Positions 12,430 through 25,416 of a stretch of 64,000 nt of DNA are shown one piece after another. The notes beneath the pieces are model-generated. The model did no database searches, was not told the DNA's origin, and saw only the letters and a list, made by a program, of their open reading frames with translations. This DNA is from Felis catus (taxonomy: Eukaryota): contig NC_058368.1 in assembly GCF_018350175.1 (NCBI RefSeq), positions 132,062,001 through 132,126,000 of the forward strand, read 5' to 3'. Position numbers and translations under genes: made by a program. Within the stretch, counting starts at the first letter, position 1; each line of letters starts with the position of its first letter.

Positions 12430-12985
12430 TTGGTATTCTGATTATCTACTGCTATATAATAAACCTCCCCCAAAACTTAGTGATTTACAACTATTTAATA
12501 TTTTCTTTCATGGTTCTGGGTGTTTTAGGGCTCAGCTGGGTGGTTCTCTTTTGGAGTCTCTCAAAGTCATTCCGTTGAATCAAGGCAAAGGTTGGAGTCT
12601 TCCAAAGGTTTTTTCACTCATACATCTGACATGTGGACTGGGATGGCTGTGGGCTTATTGGTCATACCTCTATCCATGTGGCTTCTCCATGTGGCTACTT
12701 TGGGCTTCCTTGGGCTTCTTCACAGCATGGTAGTCTTGAGGTAGTCAGATTTCTTCTATCATTGAGGCTGGATTCCCCCAGAGTGAGCATTCCAAGAGAG
12801 CTAGGCAGAAGCTATAAGCTTTCTCATGACTCAGCCTCACTTCCGTATTCTATTCGTCACAGCATTCACCAATCGGCTCGAATTCAAAGAAATGGAAGCA
12901 TAGATTCTACTGCTCATGGGGAGAATGGTTTGTACCTACAGGAAGGAATTGATGGCAGCCATCCTAAAGACAAGTTACTCTACTT
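12430..12985 (-). mobile_element. MLT1-family MaLR LTR
   Basis: ccccaaaacttagtgattta, ggctcagctgggtggttct, tctccatgtggct, gagcattccaagagag. Confidence 0.75.
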
Positions 12986-14307
12986 GGCCTATCTCAGAGC
13001 AAAATGAACTATGGGTAAAAGTCAGCCTCTCTCTCTCTCTCATACTCTCTCTCTCTCTCACACACACACAAACAGGTTGAACACCACAAAGAAGAGTAAT
13101 TGGTGGAAAGCACGCTTCCGTTTCTGTGAGACAACATTAAGCTTTGTCATTCTGGAAAGGGGAGAGCAATTTAATTGAGGAAATGTCTTCAGAAGAAACA
13201 GTAAAGGCATGTTAGTGATCTAGTTGAGTCTGCCAGGACGGATATTGATATCCCAGTAATCTTAAGACAAATCCAGATGTCCATTTGTGATCATCCTTAA
13301 GTGAAGGTGAAACCAGAGGGATGAAGTCGCCAGACACAGTCCCAGACATCTACACGGATAAGCAGCCTGATGTGTGGCAGTTTTGACGGGCAGGCTTAAG
13401 AACACTAAGAAACAAACTGAGGATCTGGACAATATCACTATCAGGAAAGCATATCATAAGCCCCAGAATGTGACACTGTCCCAAGAAAAACAGCAACCCA
13501 AAGGCCAACTAAAAAAATGAAGATGCTGGAGTAGACAAGCAGGTCAGATATGACAGTGGTGGTGAGCAGAGAAAAGTCTGGAGAGAATGTAGGAACCCGA
13601 AGAGGATGGCATAAGAACTGGAACTGCAGACCCCTAAAGGGCTGATATTATCTGTAAAAGAAAATATCTGCAGCTCCTGGGGAAGAAAAGAGACTTCGGG
13701 AGCCATCAGGGAAGCAGCACAGTGATCCTTTAGGTTATGGATGCCAGAACAAAGCTAGAATTACTGTGGCTTGGAAGGTGAACCTAAAAGCCCCCAAAAG
13801 AAGCATTTCTTTTTCTTCATGACTCAGAGAGAGTCAGGAATGGATTCCCTAGACATGAAATTTAAGAGGTTTCTGGCCTGTATCTGGAATATTTAGGAGT
13901 TGTCAGCCTTACAATCTGATGGGCACTGCAAGAAGCTCTGGGAGTCTGAGGGGCAACGAGATGGAACAGAAAGTTATTTTCCTCTCTGGCTCTGCCTCCA
14001 GAGGGCAACAGGGGCTTGTTCTTTAAATAGTGGGACTTTTAACAGCAGAGGGCTCCAACAGGTCAATTGCAATCTACCAGCTGACAGAGGGCACTAACTG
14101 GACCAGTCTTCAGGTTATAGCACTCAGTTACACCCACCCCTCTGGTTCTTTAAAGAACTGTCCTGCAGTTCTGGCAAGCATAAAAATCTGTAAGTCTTTT
14201 GAACTCATAATCTCACTTCTGGGAATTGAATGTCACCAAACCATCCACAAGCAAAATATATGTGCATGAAGATGTTCACAGCAGCGTTGTTTATAAGTAG
14301 AATAACT

Positions 14308-14460
14308 CAGTGCTTCTCAGACCCTGATGTACATCACTTGGAGACCTTCTGACAAGGCAGATTCAGTAGGTCTGGGGTGAGACTTGCAACTCTGCATTTC
14401 TAACCAACTCTCAGTTGATACCTATGCCATCAGCCCACAGGCCCTACTGAATAGCAAGGG
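14308..14460. mobile_element. MER5A-like hAT MITE
   Basis: cagtgcttctca...gattcagtaggtctggggtg...ctgcatttctaac. Confidence 0.75.
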
Positions 14461-14467
14461 CTTACTT

Positions 14468-14665
14468 TAATTTTTTTAACGTTTATTTATTTTTGAGAGA
14501 GAGAGAGATAGAGTGTGAGTGGGAGAAGGATAGAAAGAGAGGGAGACACAGAATCTGAAGCAGGCTTCAGGCTCTGAGCTGTCAGCACAGAGCCCGATGC
14601 AGGGCTCGAACCCACAAACTGTGAGATCATGACCACGCTTAACTGACTGAGCCACCCAGGCACCC
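14468..14665 (-). mobile_element. Can-SINE with internal deletion
   Basis: SINE body lacking the tgagccgaagtcgg segment; TSD gcaagggcttacttt. Confidence 0.93.
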
Positions 14666-15284
14666 TGCAAGGGCTTACTTTATATGCAGCTGAAAAACTA
14701 CAGGGCAAGACATAACTAAATAAATGGTAAGTACATCTCTTTGGAATACCAAGCTAAATGTTAAAATAATATTCAAAACTAGCAATGTGAAAAATACTTT
14801 TCATTTTGACCTAACATTAAGAGAAAAACACAGGATACAAAACCATGTACACATAGGGATTGCAATTGTAAAAAAAGAAATATGGGAAACACTGGAAGAA
14901 ATCCAAAATTATTTACTGAGTGGTTGTTTTAGGACTGTGCAATTATGTTTTTCCCCCAGGTTTTCAAACTTTTTGTTGTGTTGCTACATTAGTTTCATAG
15001 GCAAAAAATGCTGGTAAAGAGTGGTATATTAAGGAGAGTGATCATACATCCTGTTTTGCTGGAATAGTCCTAGGTGTGTTAGCCCTACAGAATTATCAAT
15101 GGGGGTCCGTTCAGTCTCAGAAGTGCCTCCTATAGTTGATGTGATCACATTAGATGTAGGACACACCTGGAGGCAGTTTGTGTGCTTTCTCTGTTACTCC
15201 AAAGAATTCGAAAAGCTGAACTGAAATGCCTAGAAGGAGAGGGCAGTGGAGGTCGAGAAGGTCTCTGCTGTGCACATTCATTTT

Positions 15285-15597
15285 TTTTTTAATAGATTTA
15301 TTTTTTAGATCAGTTTTAGCTTCACAGCAAAATTGAGCATAAGGTACAGAGATTTCTCATATACAACCTGCCTGTCCCCCACCCACCTCCACCCATTATC
15401 ACCATCCCCCTCCAGGGTGGCACATTGTTACAACTGATGAATCTCCACCGACCCATCCTAATCACCAAAGACCATAGTTAACATGACAGTTCACTCTTGG
15501 TGTTGTACATTCTGTGCATGTGGACAAATACATAATGACATGTATCCACCATTATGGTATCATGAAGAATATTTTCACTACCCTAAAACTCCTCTTG
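15285..15597 (-). mobile_element. L1MC/MD-type 3' end
   Basis: cagttttagcttcacagcaaaattgagc...ttcactcttggtgttgtacattct. Confidence 0.75.
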
Positions 15598-16060
15598 CAC
15601 ATTTTTTAAAGGTATATTTTGATAATGATATAAGACCTCAACAATATACATATAGGAAATGCCTTGCTACAACCATGAAAGCTAGAAATTCTGCAACAAG
15701 GGGCCAGAGGAAGTCAGATAAACGTTTGCTGAGCTTAAAATTCTCCTTAGTTATCCCTGTTTGACCTTTTCTCCTTACTGCCCACCAGGAGTCACTTCAT
15801 AAAACGATGTCTTACATGTCTTGGGGCAATGCATTTTTTTCTTGCTGCTGCTGATTCTCTAAGGAGGTAGAGTTAATATTTTAAAATGCTGATTATTCAC
15901 TTTGATTCCTTTTTGCTGCTTTTGCTAACATGTGAAATTTTTAGAGCCAGACTTTTTCAGTGCCGACTTAAACCCTATAATCTATTACTTCTTTTACTTC
16001 ATGCCTTATCATAAACCTGAGTCAAACTAATGCTACCACTTAAATTTTAAAAATAGTATT

Positions 16061-16275
16061 GGGTCACCTGGGTGCCTCAGTCGGTTAAGTGTCCGACTTC
16101 GGCTTGGGTCACGATCTCACAGTTCGTTAATTCGAGCCCCATATCAGGCTCTGTGCTGACAGCTCAGAGCCTGAAGCCTGCTTCAGATTCTATGTCTCCC
16201 TTTCTCTGCCCCTCCCCTGCTCACGCTCTGTCTCCCTCAAAAATAAATAAATATTAAAAATTATTTTTAAATATA
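16061..16275 (+). mobile_element. Can-SINE (felid type)
   Basis: TSD taaaaatagtatt. Confidence 0.95.
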
Positions 16276-17722
16276 AAAATAGTATTATTTAGGAGAAAAA
16301 CTTTAAAACAATTGAATTAACTAAAACAAACCAAATTTGTTTACAGCGATTTCTAAGGTACTATTCCTATTTCATTGACTTGGAATTTTATTATTAAATA
16401 TTGCTTTAAAAAAAATGTCAGCCATGAACTGCAGTTTGGAAAATATTTTATAAAATACAGCTTCTGCCACAATTATTTTACTCAAATTGAATTAAATTTG
16501 CAGTGCTATTTCTTTTGTCTTCTATGAAATTCATCAATTTTCTTTGTTCTTACAGAAATTAATATATATTTCTCACACACACCCTGGTGTGAAACACTTA
16601 AGTCCTAGGCCTGAAGTATTTGTTGTGCAGAGTCCTTGTCTGCTAGTGATTAGGTATGTGGGAGCCCAGAGAATGATGGCCTTTGTTCTTTTTTTCCTGC
16701 CATGTATATTCTATTTCACCTGGACAGAGCTAAACTGTATTATACCCCAAGGACAAATGACACCAGGTGAATGACAATAGATGATTCTAATTTGAGAACA
16801 GCTATTCAGAATGAGTATAAATTCTGATTGGTGGTGCTTTTAAAAACAACAACAACAAAAATAAGAGCTTTTTGGGGTGGATATTGCACTTCACCTTTTA
16901 GGTCATTTTAAATAATAGTGAAAGAGAGCGAGAGGGAGAGACATGCCATAGTTTGCCATTCCAAAGAAATAAAGAAAGAGAGAGAGGGAGAAAGAATAGA
17001 CAGAGTTGAAAAGCAATGCCTTCCTAAAGTACACATGCGAAAAAGAAACAAAATGAGTGAAATGGAACGTGAACAAAGTCAAGAAAAAAGCTAGACAAAA
17101 TGCTTAGGGGACAAAGTGTAACCTAAAGAAAGGAAATCCTAGCTGGTGAGACTTCACTTGAAACAAGAAGATAAAAATCCTTTATACAATCAGCAAACAA
17201 AAGCAAGGAAATATAAATTCTCAAATCCCATGGAGAGCCTGGAAGGGAAGTCAGCGAGACAATTGAGAGCAGGCAGTTGAGAGGATAAATCATTTCTTTA
17301 CCTCACTCTACACAAAAAGAAGGTAACAGCCCAGGGTGAGACGTATTTTCCAGCAGAAGAGTAGGGAATTGTTGAAATGCTTTTCCCTCACCACAAAAAG
17401 CTAAAAGAACACCCAATTCAAATGAAAAGGATTCTTGCAGAAAAACAAAATCCATTTCTACAGTGAACGTGGGTGAGAATCTGTCTGTCTGTCCCCCTTT
17501 GGCATCACATGAAATGTTTGTTGCCTTATTGATAAAGGAAGACCAGTAAGGACAGTAGAATTCACTGGAGCAGTCTCACTTAAGGAAAGACTTTGGGATT
17601 TTCTTGGGGTGCAGTCCAAGTAATTAGAAAGTAGGATCATTAGAAACACTGAGGCCAGCAGTTTCTCACCCATAAACACAATTTTGAGACTAAAGTTATG
17701 ATTGTTTAAAATAAAATAATCA

Positions 17723-17845
17723 AGGGTGCCTGGCTGGCTCAGTTGCAGGAGCATGTGACTCTTGATCCTGGGGTTGTAAGTTCGAGCCCCATGTTGGGTG
17801 TAGAGATTACTTAAAATCAATAAATACATACAATTTAAAAATAGA
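17723..17845 (+). mobile_element. Short/old Can-SINE lacking a CT tract
   Basis: gggtgcctggctggctcag...ttgggtgtagagattactt. Confidence 0.85.
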
Positions 17846-18054
17846 ATAAAGTGAGTCAAAGTCATTTAAAAACATTTACTTAAATATCTCAGCATTTACT
17901 TAAAAACTACACACGCACACACACACATGACCATGGAATCCAAGAAGCAGACATCCACCAAGGTCTTACAAACTTAAGAAAAAATTATTTGACGTGATAC
18001 TGAAGCCAAACATATTTTATCTTGGCCAAAAAGTATTTAAAGTTCATTTATCAT

Positions 18055-18057
<3 letters not shown>

Positions 18058-18095
<38 letters not shown>
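18058..18095 (+). repeat. (CA)n microsatellite
   Basis: Direct tandem repeat. Confidence 0.95.
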
Positions 18096-18101
<6 letters not shown>

Positions 18102-18693
18102 ACCAGACTGAGGAGGAGTTCAGTACATGTTCAGAAGGTTTATTTATTTTAATGGTTGGACAAACAGGTAACCCAAGCATGCAGCATCAATGAACCTTGT
18201 ACACTAACTTTCCAGCACCACAGATATGGAGCACATCAAAAGCAAATATATGAGTGACATTAATAACTAACTGGAGCATTATCATTGTCGGATTTTAGAA
18301 CCATCAGTAGTTCTCGTCTCCAACATACTGGCCTCATTGTCCACCTGCAAAATCGACTCTGATAATACTGGCTTTTTCCTTATCCTGACTTTTTAATTAA
18401 AATGTCTGTTCAAATCTATTTGTAAATGCTCCAAAAAAAAGGTCTAGGCTTCTCTGAGAAGTAGTTTTGAAAATAACGAGGAGCTTGGTAATTTAATGCT
18501 AGTTAATTTGTATACAAACTTGAGCTTTGATAATATAGACAGAAGAGAGAGCTCAAAACAAAACAAAACAAAACAAAACAAAACAAGAGTGTCTTCCCGA
18601 GAAATCTTCTAGTTAGAAAGAAACCATCACGGAGTTTTCACAAACTATGAGGAATCTCACTGTTATCTTGATCTTCCTCTTTTTTTCTCTTAG

Positions 18694-18740
18694 TTTCTGA
18701 TTTACACACATCCAACTTGGAAAAGAAAGATGCAGGAATT
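18694..18740 (+). other. Candidate exon (47 nt)
   Basis: Long pyrimidine tract + TAG acceptor; GTAAGT donor. Confidence 0.4.
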
Positions 18741-19005
18741 GTAAGTATGGACAGATACAATTTACACTTTCTCTCCCAGTCAGGGAGCAGTCAAGATGCT
18801 TTTGGAGCAAGAAAAGAAGACCATCTCACTGACCGAGGGACAAATTGATAGTTAAAGCCTTTTGACATGTTTGAGCAGAAAGCTTAAAGATTATGGACAG
18901 AGACTTTCCTACTCTTTGAAACACTATATGGTAATAGCCTTTTTTTCTAAATCAAAACAAGAAAAAATACAGTTGGTAAAACAGTGGTTAAAAACAACTT
19001 AAGTT

Positions 19006-19237
19006 GGGGCACATAGGTAGCTCATTTGGTTGAGTGACCAACCGACTCTTGGTTTCAGCACAGGTCATTATCTTCTGGTTTGTGAGTGCAAACCCCACAT
19101 CAGGCTCTGCACTGTCAGGCTCTGTCAGTGCAGAGCCTGCTTGGGATTCTCTCCTTCTCTCTCTGCCCCTCCCCTACTCATGCTCTCTTTCTCACCCTCT
19201 TAAAATAAATAGATAAACCTAAAAAATAAAAAAAAAC
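19006..19237 (+). mobile_element. Can-SINE
   Basis: SINE head, CT tract, A tail. Confidence 0.9.
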
Positions 19238-19335
19238 CCTGAAGTTTAGTATTTAATTGGCACCTAAGTGGTTATATTTGTTTCAGAATATGTTTAGATT
19301 GTGTGAATATACATCTTACAAAAATGTCCTTTCTT

Positions 19336-19522
19336 GGGGCGCCTGGGTGGCTCAGTCAGTTGAGTGTCGGACTTAGGCTCAGGTCATGATCTCATAGTCA
19401 TGAGTTCAAGTTTGGCATCAGGCTCACTGCTATCAGTGGGGAGCCTCTTTGGATCCTCTATCCCCCTCTTTCTCTGCCCCTCTCCCACTGGCGCTCCCTC
19501 TCAAAAATAAACATTAAAATAA
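19336..19522 (+). mobile_element. Can-SINE
   Basis: ggggcgcctgggtggctcag head and A tail. Confidence 0.92.
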
Positions 19523-19868
19523 AGTTCTTTCTTTATTCCTTTTATTCTTTTTTTTTTTTTGATAGTGCTATTACTGCTCCCAAAATGGCCCTTTTATATA
19601 TGATCAACAGAAACCAAAGTTAACTATTTATATTCATAATTATTTTATGAAGGCTTTTTGCCCAACCAATGTGGTTCTGGCTGGTAAACTAAATTTCTTA
19701 AAACTGCATGTTTCGCCTCATGTGTTTAGCTTTAACCTCCAATATGTTAGCCCATTTCATTCATCATGAAAACTTGTTAAAACAATAAAAAAAATCCCTG
19801 TGCTTTTATGGCAAAAGAAAAAAAAAAGAAAAGAGACACTTAAAGCATAATTTCCTTTTTTCCTCTAG

Positions 19869-19940
19869 ACAACAATTATTTTGTTAGGGAAAGCTTCTGT
19901 TAAACCAGGAAATCCTGTTACCACTGAAACTTGGTGCATG
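19869..19940 (+). other. Candidate exon (72 nt)
   Basis: tttccttttttcctctAG acceptor; ATG|GTTTGT donor; open in phase 0. Confidence 0.35.
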
Positions 19941-20063
19941 GTTTGTAGTGCCTCTCTTTTTTCAAAGCTATTTGCAATGAAAAAAACCCAGGCTAAAAAA
20001 CAACCCTTAAGGTTTGTTTGTATGTTTAAAAGACCTAATTTGCTGTTATTCATTTCTTCTTAG

Positions 20064-20123
20064 ATAAATCACATTGACTTTTCAAATGCTGATTTTTCAG
20101 ATGAACCTATGGGTCATTGGTCT
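20064..20123 (+). other. Candidate exon (60 nt)
   Basis: catttcttcttAG acceptor; GTAAGT donor; open in phase 0. Confidence 0.4.
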
Positions 20124-20462
20124 GTAAGTAACTAGAAGGAACAGGCTGCCTCCAGGGACCGTGCTTTCCATTCATTACCCATCCAAACATTCCAATGAAT
20201 CAGAGCAGGGCCTGGCCTCTAGCCCCCAACCTGCTTCATATATATCACATTTAATTTGGACCAATTACCTCTCTTCTCCTCTTCACCTTTGCTTGTTCTC
20301 CTTTTGGCTCTTCTCATTTTTCAAAATGAGAAGCTGTAGCATATACTTTGATAAGTAGGTATAAATAAAATTGCCTTTCAGTTTTAAAATTGCTTCCCAA
20401 AAGTACACGAAAGCCTTAATTGTGAAATGTCAAAAGGTCGCTGAGATGATGCTTCAGCAATT

Positions 20463-20553
20463 AAGAAAGAAAGAAAGAGAGAAAGAAAGAGAGAAAGAAA
20501 GAAAGGAAGAAAAAGAAAAGAAAGAAGGAAGAAAGAAAGAAGAAAGAAAAACA
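20463..20553 (+). repeat. (GAAA)n-like polypurine tract
   Basis: About 90 nt of almost only A and G. Confidence 0.9.
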
Positions 20554-21356
20554 AAAAATATGTAATAAAGTTAGACCTTATTAATCGGGAATTTGCAATA
20601 ATCCAACCTGGTTGAGACTAGAGTTTATTTTTCTACTACTTAGAAATGTTTTACAGGGAACTAATACAGTGAAAAATTATAGCATTAAGTCTAAATTACT
20701 TAAGACAAAAAGTGTTTGGACATAACTGTTTAAAACCAAATGAGTATTGTTGTCTAACCAATAGAATTCATCCAGCATTTTCTTAGCAGCTAATGTGAGT
20801 CACTTTCTGATTTTGAAAGCAAGAGATCCACATAATTTTTTAAAAAATACATTAAATGAGATCTTAAAAAAATAACTCAGGATGTCTTCTCCTTTTGGGT
20901 TGTTCCAGATTAGAGATGTTTTACTGTTATTAGCTGTTTTATAGGCAAGAGGGAATCTAAAGCTAATATATTGTACAGCACCATTGCACCTTGATAGATA
21001 TTATTTTTTAAATGACCTTAACTTGAAAGTATAATGTTCAGAACCAGAGAATTAACAGAAACCTCTGGGAGAACAAAAAGTTCTGCCTCTGTTTAAAGGC
21101 AATGAAACTCTTATGCTAACTCAGAAGGAAACCTGTTAGATGTTCAATTCATATCCTACTCACTTTTACTTTGCATATATTTCTAAGAAGTTTGCATATC
21201 AATTCTTCTCACCCTTGAGAATTGAATTAACAAATGAGAAATGAGATGTTAGAAGCAGATTCACTGCCATCAGCAAAAAGGAATACCTGATAGTCTTTAG
21301 AGTAAGGGAGGAATAGAAAAAAAAAAGTACAAGAAATATTGCCTCAAAAACAGTCC

Positions 21357-21462
21357 GGGGCACCTGGCTGGCTCAGTTGATAGAACACGCAGCTCTTGGT
21401 CTTGTTGTGACTTCGAACCCCATGTTGGGTGTAGAGATTACTTAAAAATAAAATCTTTAAAA
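21357..21462 (+). mobile_element. Short/old Can-SINE
   Basis: Same type as 17723-17845. Confidence 0.85.
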
Positions 21463-21899
21463 CATATATTGAGTCTGACCACTTATTGTAAGGCAAATAG
21501 TTCAATATTTTCAGTAATATCTGACAATATGCATCAATTTCAGCAGAGCATTTGGAATGACAATCCTTAATAATGGCCCTGAGGCATTAAGAAAAGATAT
21601 ACCTTATTTACGAAGGCAAAATTAGTGTACTGTATGTCAGAATTACTCTATCCAAAATTGTTAAAAACAATTCTTTAAATTGAGAGGAAAGATCCACTTA
21701 AAGGAAGAAACATCATGTTCTCGAAGATGCCAGAAAAACGAGGCATCTCTGTGACTACCAGAATTGGAATACCCTAGAAAACAGTTGAGTAATCACCTCT
21801 AAGATACAGAGCAATAGCTACTACTTTGAATCCTCTACTGGCAGGAGAGAGGCAGCAGATATCACAAGCGTGTAGCTAGTTAGAACATCAGCTGTCTCT

Positions 21900-22100
21900 T
21901 TCACAGTGCCATGGAAAAGACACAGATTTTGAAGTTAAATCTGTTTGGCCCCTGGTTCTGTCACCTACTAGTTGGATAATTTTGGACAAACTACTTCTTC
22001 AGCTTCAATTTTTTATCTGTAAATAGGGCTAATAATACCTACTTCAGTGAGCCGTTTTAAGTGCACAGTGCCAGATTCCTACGAAGAGCTTAGTCATGTA
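21900..22100 (+). mobile_element. MIR SINE
   Basis: ggttctgtcacctactagttg...tatctgtaaatagggctaataatacctac. Confidence 0.7.
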
Positions 22101-22589
22101 CATTACTTGCCTGTCCTCTGGCTCTCAGGGGCCAGCTTCTGGCCAGTTGCACAAAGAGTAGAAGTGAAGAATAGATGCAGGAAAGGGATGGCTTTTGCTC
22201 AATGGTGTTAAAGAGTTGACTTACAGTTGAAAAATTAGCAGTACATCTCCCTGCTATCACTGCAGCCTTCCAGAATGTGTTTCCTCACGTGTGATAGGAG
22301 CTTCTTTTCTCTCTGAGCTTCAAAGGAGTAAAAACGGTGAAGGATGGGAAAGCTGAGACATTTGGGAGTGCAGTTATTGTCCAACATATCTTGGGAATGA
22401 CCATGAATCCCTCAATACCAAGTCATGATTCTAATGATTCATTCATTCATCAACAATTTAACTAACATTTATTATGTGCCTGTCATATTCCCAGCACTGC
22501 ATCAAGTACTAGGCATTCAAAGACACAGATCTTGCCCTCACACATGGTACAGCATCATGGACAGACACGTAAGTAAGTGTCCTAAAGCC

Positions 22590-22773
22590 CTGGCACCCAG
22601 AGTGTGGCCTGTGGACCAGCCTGTGGACCAGCAGCATCAGCAGGATCAGTATCACCTGGGAGCTTGTTAGAAATTCAGCATCCCAGGGCCCAGCCCAGGC
22701 TTACTGAATCAGAATCTGCCTTTTAACAAGATTACCAGGTGATTCACATGCACATTATAATTTGAAAGCACTG
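22590..22773. mobile_element. MER5A-like hAT MITE
   Basis: atcacctgggagcttgttagaaat...actgaatcagaatctgc...ttgaaagcactg. Confidence 0.8.
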
Positions 22774-22877
22774 CTTTATTGTGTATGGCTGCTGGGATAT
22801 ATCTAGAATAAGGCTGGGGCACACAAAAGTCCATTTTGACTTTACGTGAATCAAGAAAGCTTCTACAGTAAAAATGA

Positions 22878-23310
22878 TGTGTATTTGCTTGCTAGGGCTA
22901 CCTTAAAGTACTACACACTGTGTGGCTTAATCAACAGAAATGTATCGTCTCAGAGTTCTAGAGGCTGGAAGTCCAAGATCAAGATCTTGGCAGTGTGGGT
23001 TCCTTCTGAGGTCTGTGAAAGAGAACTGGTTTCAGGCCTCTCTCTTTGCTTCTGATAGCCTCAATCATTCCTTGGCTTAGGGATGGCATTCTCCTAGTAT
23101 CTTCACATCATCTTCCCTCTATGCAAGTGTATCTGTGTCCAGATTTACTCTTTTTAGAAGGATACCAGTGCTTTTGGATTGGGCCTACCCTATTGACTCC
23201 ATCTTAACTTGATTGGTTACAAAAACCCTATTTCCAAATAGAGTCACATTCACAGGTGCCAGGGGTTAGGGCTTCAACATCTTTTGGTGGGGACGCAATT
23301 CAATCCTGAA
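22878..23310 (-). mobile_element. MLT1-family MaLR LTR
   Basis: gttctagaggctggaagtccaagatcaag, ttccaaatagagtcacattcacagg. Confidence 0.85.
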
Positions 23311-23319
23311 TGTGACTCC

Positions 23320-23745
23320 TGACATCCAAGTTGAAAGATGATTAGATTGTGAAGCAAAAGGGGGGAAGAGCAGGGAGGGCATTTCAGGTGGTGGAGCCAG
23401 CATGAGTAAAGGCATAGGTGTGTGAAGCCATCTGCTAAGGAACTACATGTCCGTGACCATTGGTAAAGGACAGGTGCAAATGGGAGATGAGGTAAGAAAG
23501 TACATAGATCTTGAAATGCCTTCATAGAGTTGAACTTTTATTCTGTAGGCAATGGGAACCAACATAAAGGTTCCAACCTTTGGTGAAACAGCCAGGTTTT
23601 CAGCTCCCTGGAAGCAGGGTGCAGAGTAGCCTGAGTTGGCCTTTGGATTTGAGTCACCAGTGATGAGGCCACTACTCTGGTCTTTAGTGAGAGATGATGA
23701 AGGTCTGAACTAGGGCAGCATGAAAGAGAACTGGGGGGAAATGAG
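23320..23745 (-). mobile_element. L2 fragment
   Basis: gagggcatttcagg, tttattctgtaggcaatggg, tgagagatgatgaaggtctgaactaggg. Confidence 0.6.
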
Positions 23746-24534
23746 AGTCACAAGGATGCTGATCCTGAAGCTTGTTGGAATCCTGGGTTTTTAACTCAGT
23801 CTGTTTATGTGAGGGATACGTAGCCTCGGGAACACAGTGGTCCTGGGATTCATGTTCCTTCAAGAAGAGAATGTTTGGCCCCAAGAGAAAGCAAGGTGAA
23901 GGATGTTTCCCCTTCCCACCCCCACTTCTGATAATCACCCTACGGGCATGTCACCAGACCTCTCCGCAATATTCAGACAAAGCTGCCACAGGAGAGACAC
24001 TCACGACTCTCCTGGGATTCAGATCAAAGAACAAAGAGGAAGAACCTGGACTGAAAGGGAGTCTCTATCTAACCAGAAACTTTAGGAATTAATTTAGAAC
24101 CTTATCTTTCCAAACCGCTGGAGGCAGGCCAGCTCTTAAAGAAGGGTATTAGAAGACAAACACCCAAGTATCAAATGGCTCAAAAGATCTGATAAACACG
24201 TGTGCTCCCTGAGAAGCTGGGCTGCTCCGGAAGCCCTGTCATGGGCCGGGAAGTTAGACTGGACTGTTGTGATCCATGTTCAATCTAAATTTTTGTAAGC
24301 CTGTGGTTCCCCACTGAATTACTTACTTAGCACCAGCATGGGCAGCCTTGGACTATATACAGTAATGCTCACTGGAAAGTGGTGCAGGAATCTCAACACT
24401 GCATGGTTCTCAGAGGGTCCCTTAAGTCAGCCAAAGCCCTCCCTTGGGGCGACTGACAATATAGATGGACTCTAAAGGCAACAGAGGGGGTGTGGAAGCT
24501 AGAAATGCAAAACTTCTCATTGCCACACCCTCAT

Positions 24535-24724
24535 GGCTTAGAAATTTTTTCCGTAGAAGGCCAGATAGTAAATATTTCAGGTTTCATTGGCTGCATACAG
24601 TCTCTATCCCATAGTCTCTGCTTTTACTTTTTTTTTTTTTTAGCAACTCTTAAAAAAGGTAAAAATCATTTTTTGTCTGTGGGCTATCCAAAATCAGGCT
24701 GGAGGCTATAGTTTGCTGACCTTT
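24535..24724. mobile_element. MER58A-like hAT MITE
   Basis: ggccagatagtaaatattt...ctatagtttgctgacc. Confidence 0.75.
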
Positions 24725-25384
24725 GGCTTAGAGCAAGCCCATGATGTCATAGACAACAACAGATAAGCAATCTGTTTTGCTTAATCGTTTGAAGACATTT
24801 TGGTTTTTCTTCACACCTCTTTCCACTATAGAATCTGATTAATTGGACTCTTGCAGTTAGCTGACTTGTTTGAGTGCTCTCCAAGATTTTAGGAGTAAGG
24901 CTCGTGCAGCCTGCCTTCTGATGAACATATCCTGAGGTCTCAGGCCCACAGTGATTGATGTGCAGGAAGCAAATGGCCTCTTGTCTTCCACTGACTGCAA
25001 TAAAGCCAGGGGCACTATTAAGGAAACAGCATCCCTACTGAGAAACAGAAGGGAAAGGCCTGGCTCTGAAATGGCACGACTTCACTTTCCCCAAACAGTC
25101 ATGGGTTATACTTCCAATTAGTTCCAACCCTCACAGCATTCTGCCCAGCAACTCTTCGGGGAGCAGCTCTTGGCCAGCTCATACATGTCAGGTGTTACAT
25201 TAGTAACCCACCTCATAGAATCAATACAACAGGCCTGGTGTTTGCTTTCTGACTCATGGACTTGATTTCTACAGAACTGCAGCACGGATTCCCAACAATG
25301 CCCAGTCTGTTCAAGGCACAGACTCTTTTAGGAGTGTCTGGTCTAAAGCAGAGTAGGAAAAAAGGGAATAATCTGAGAAGGAAG

Positions 25385-25416
<32 letters not shown>

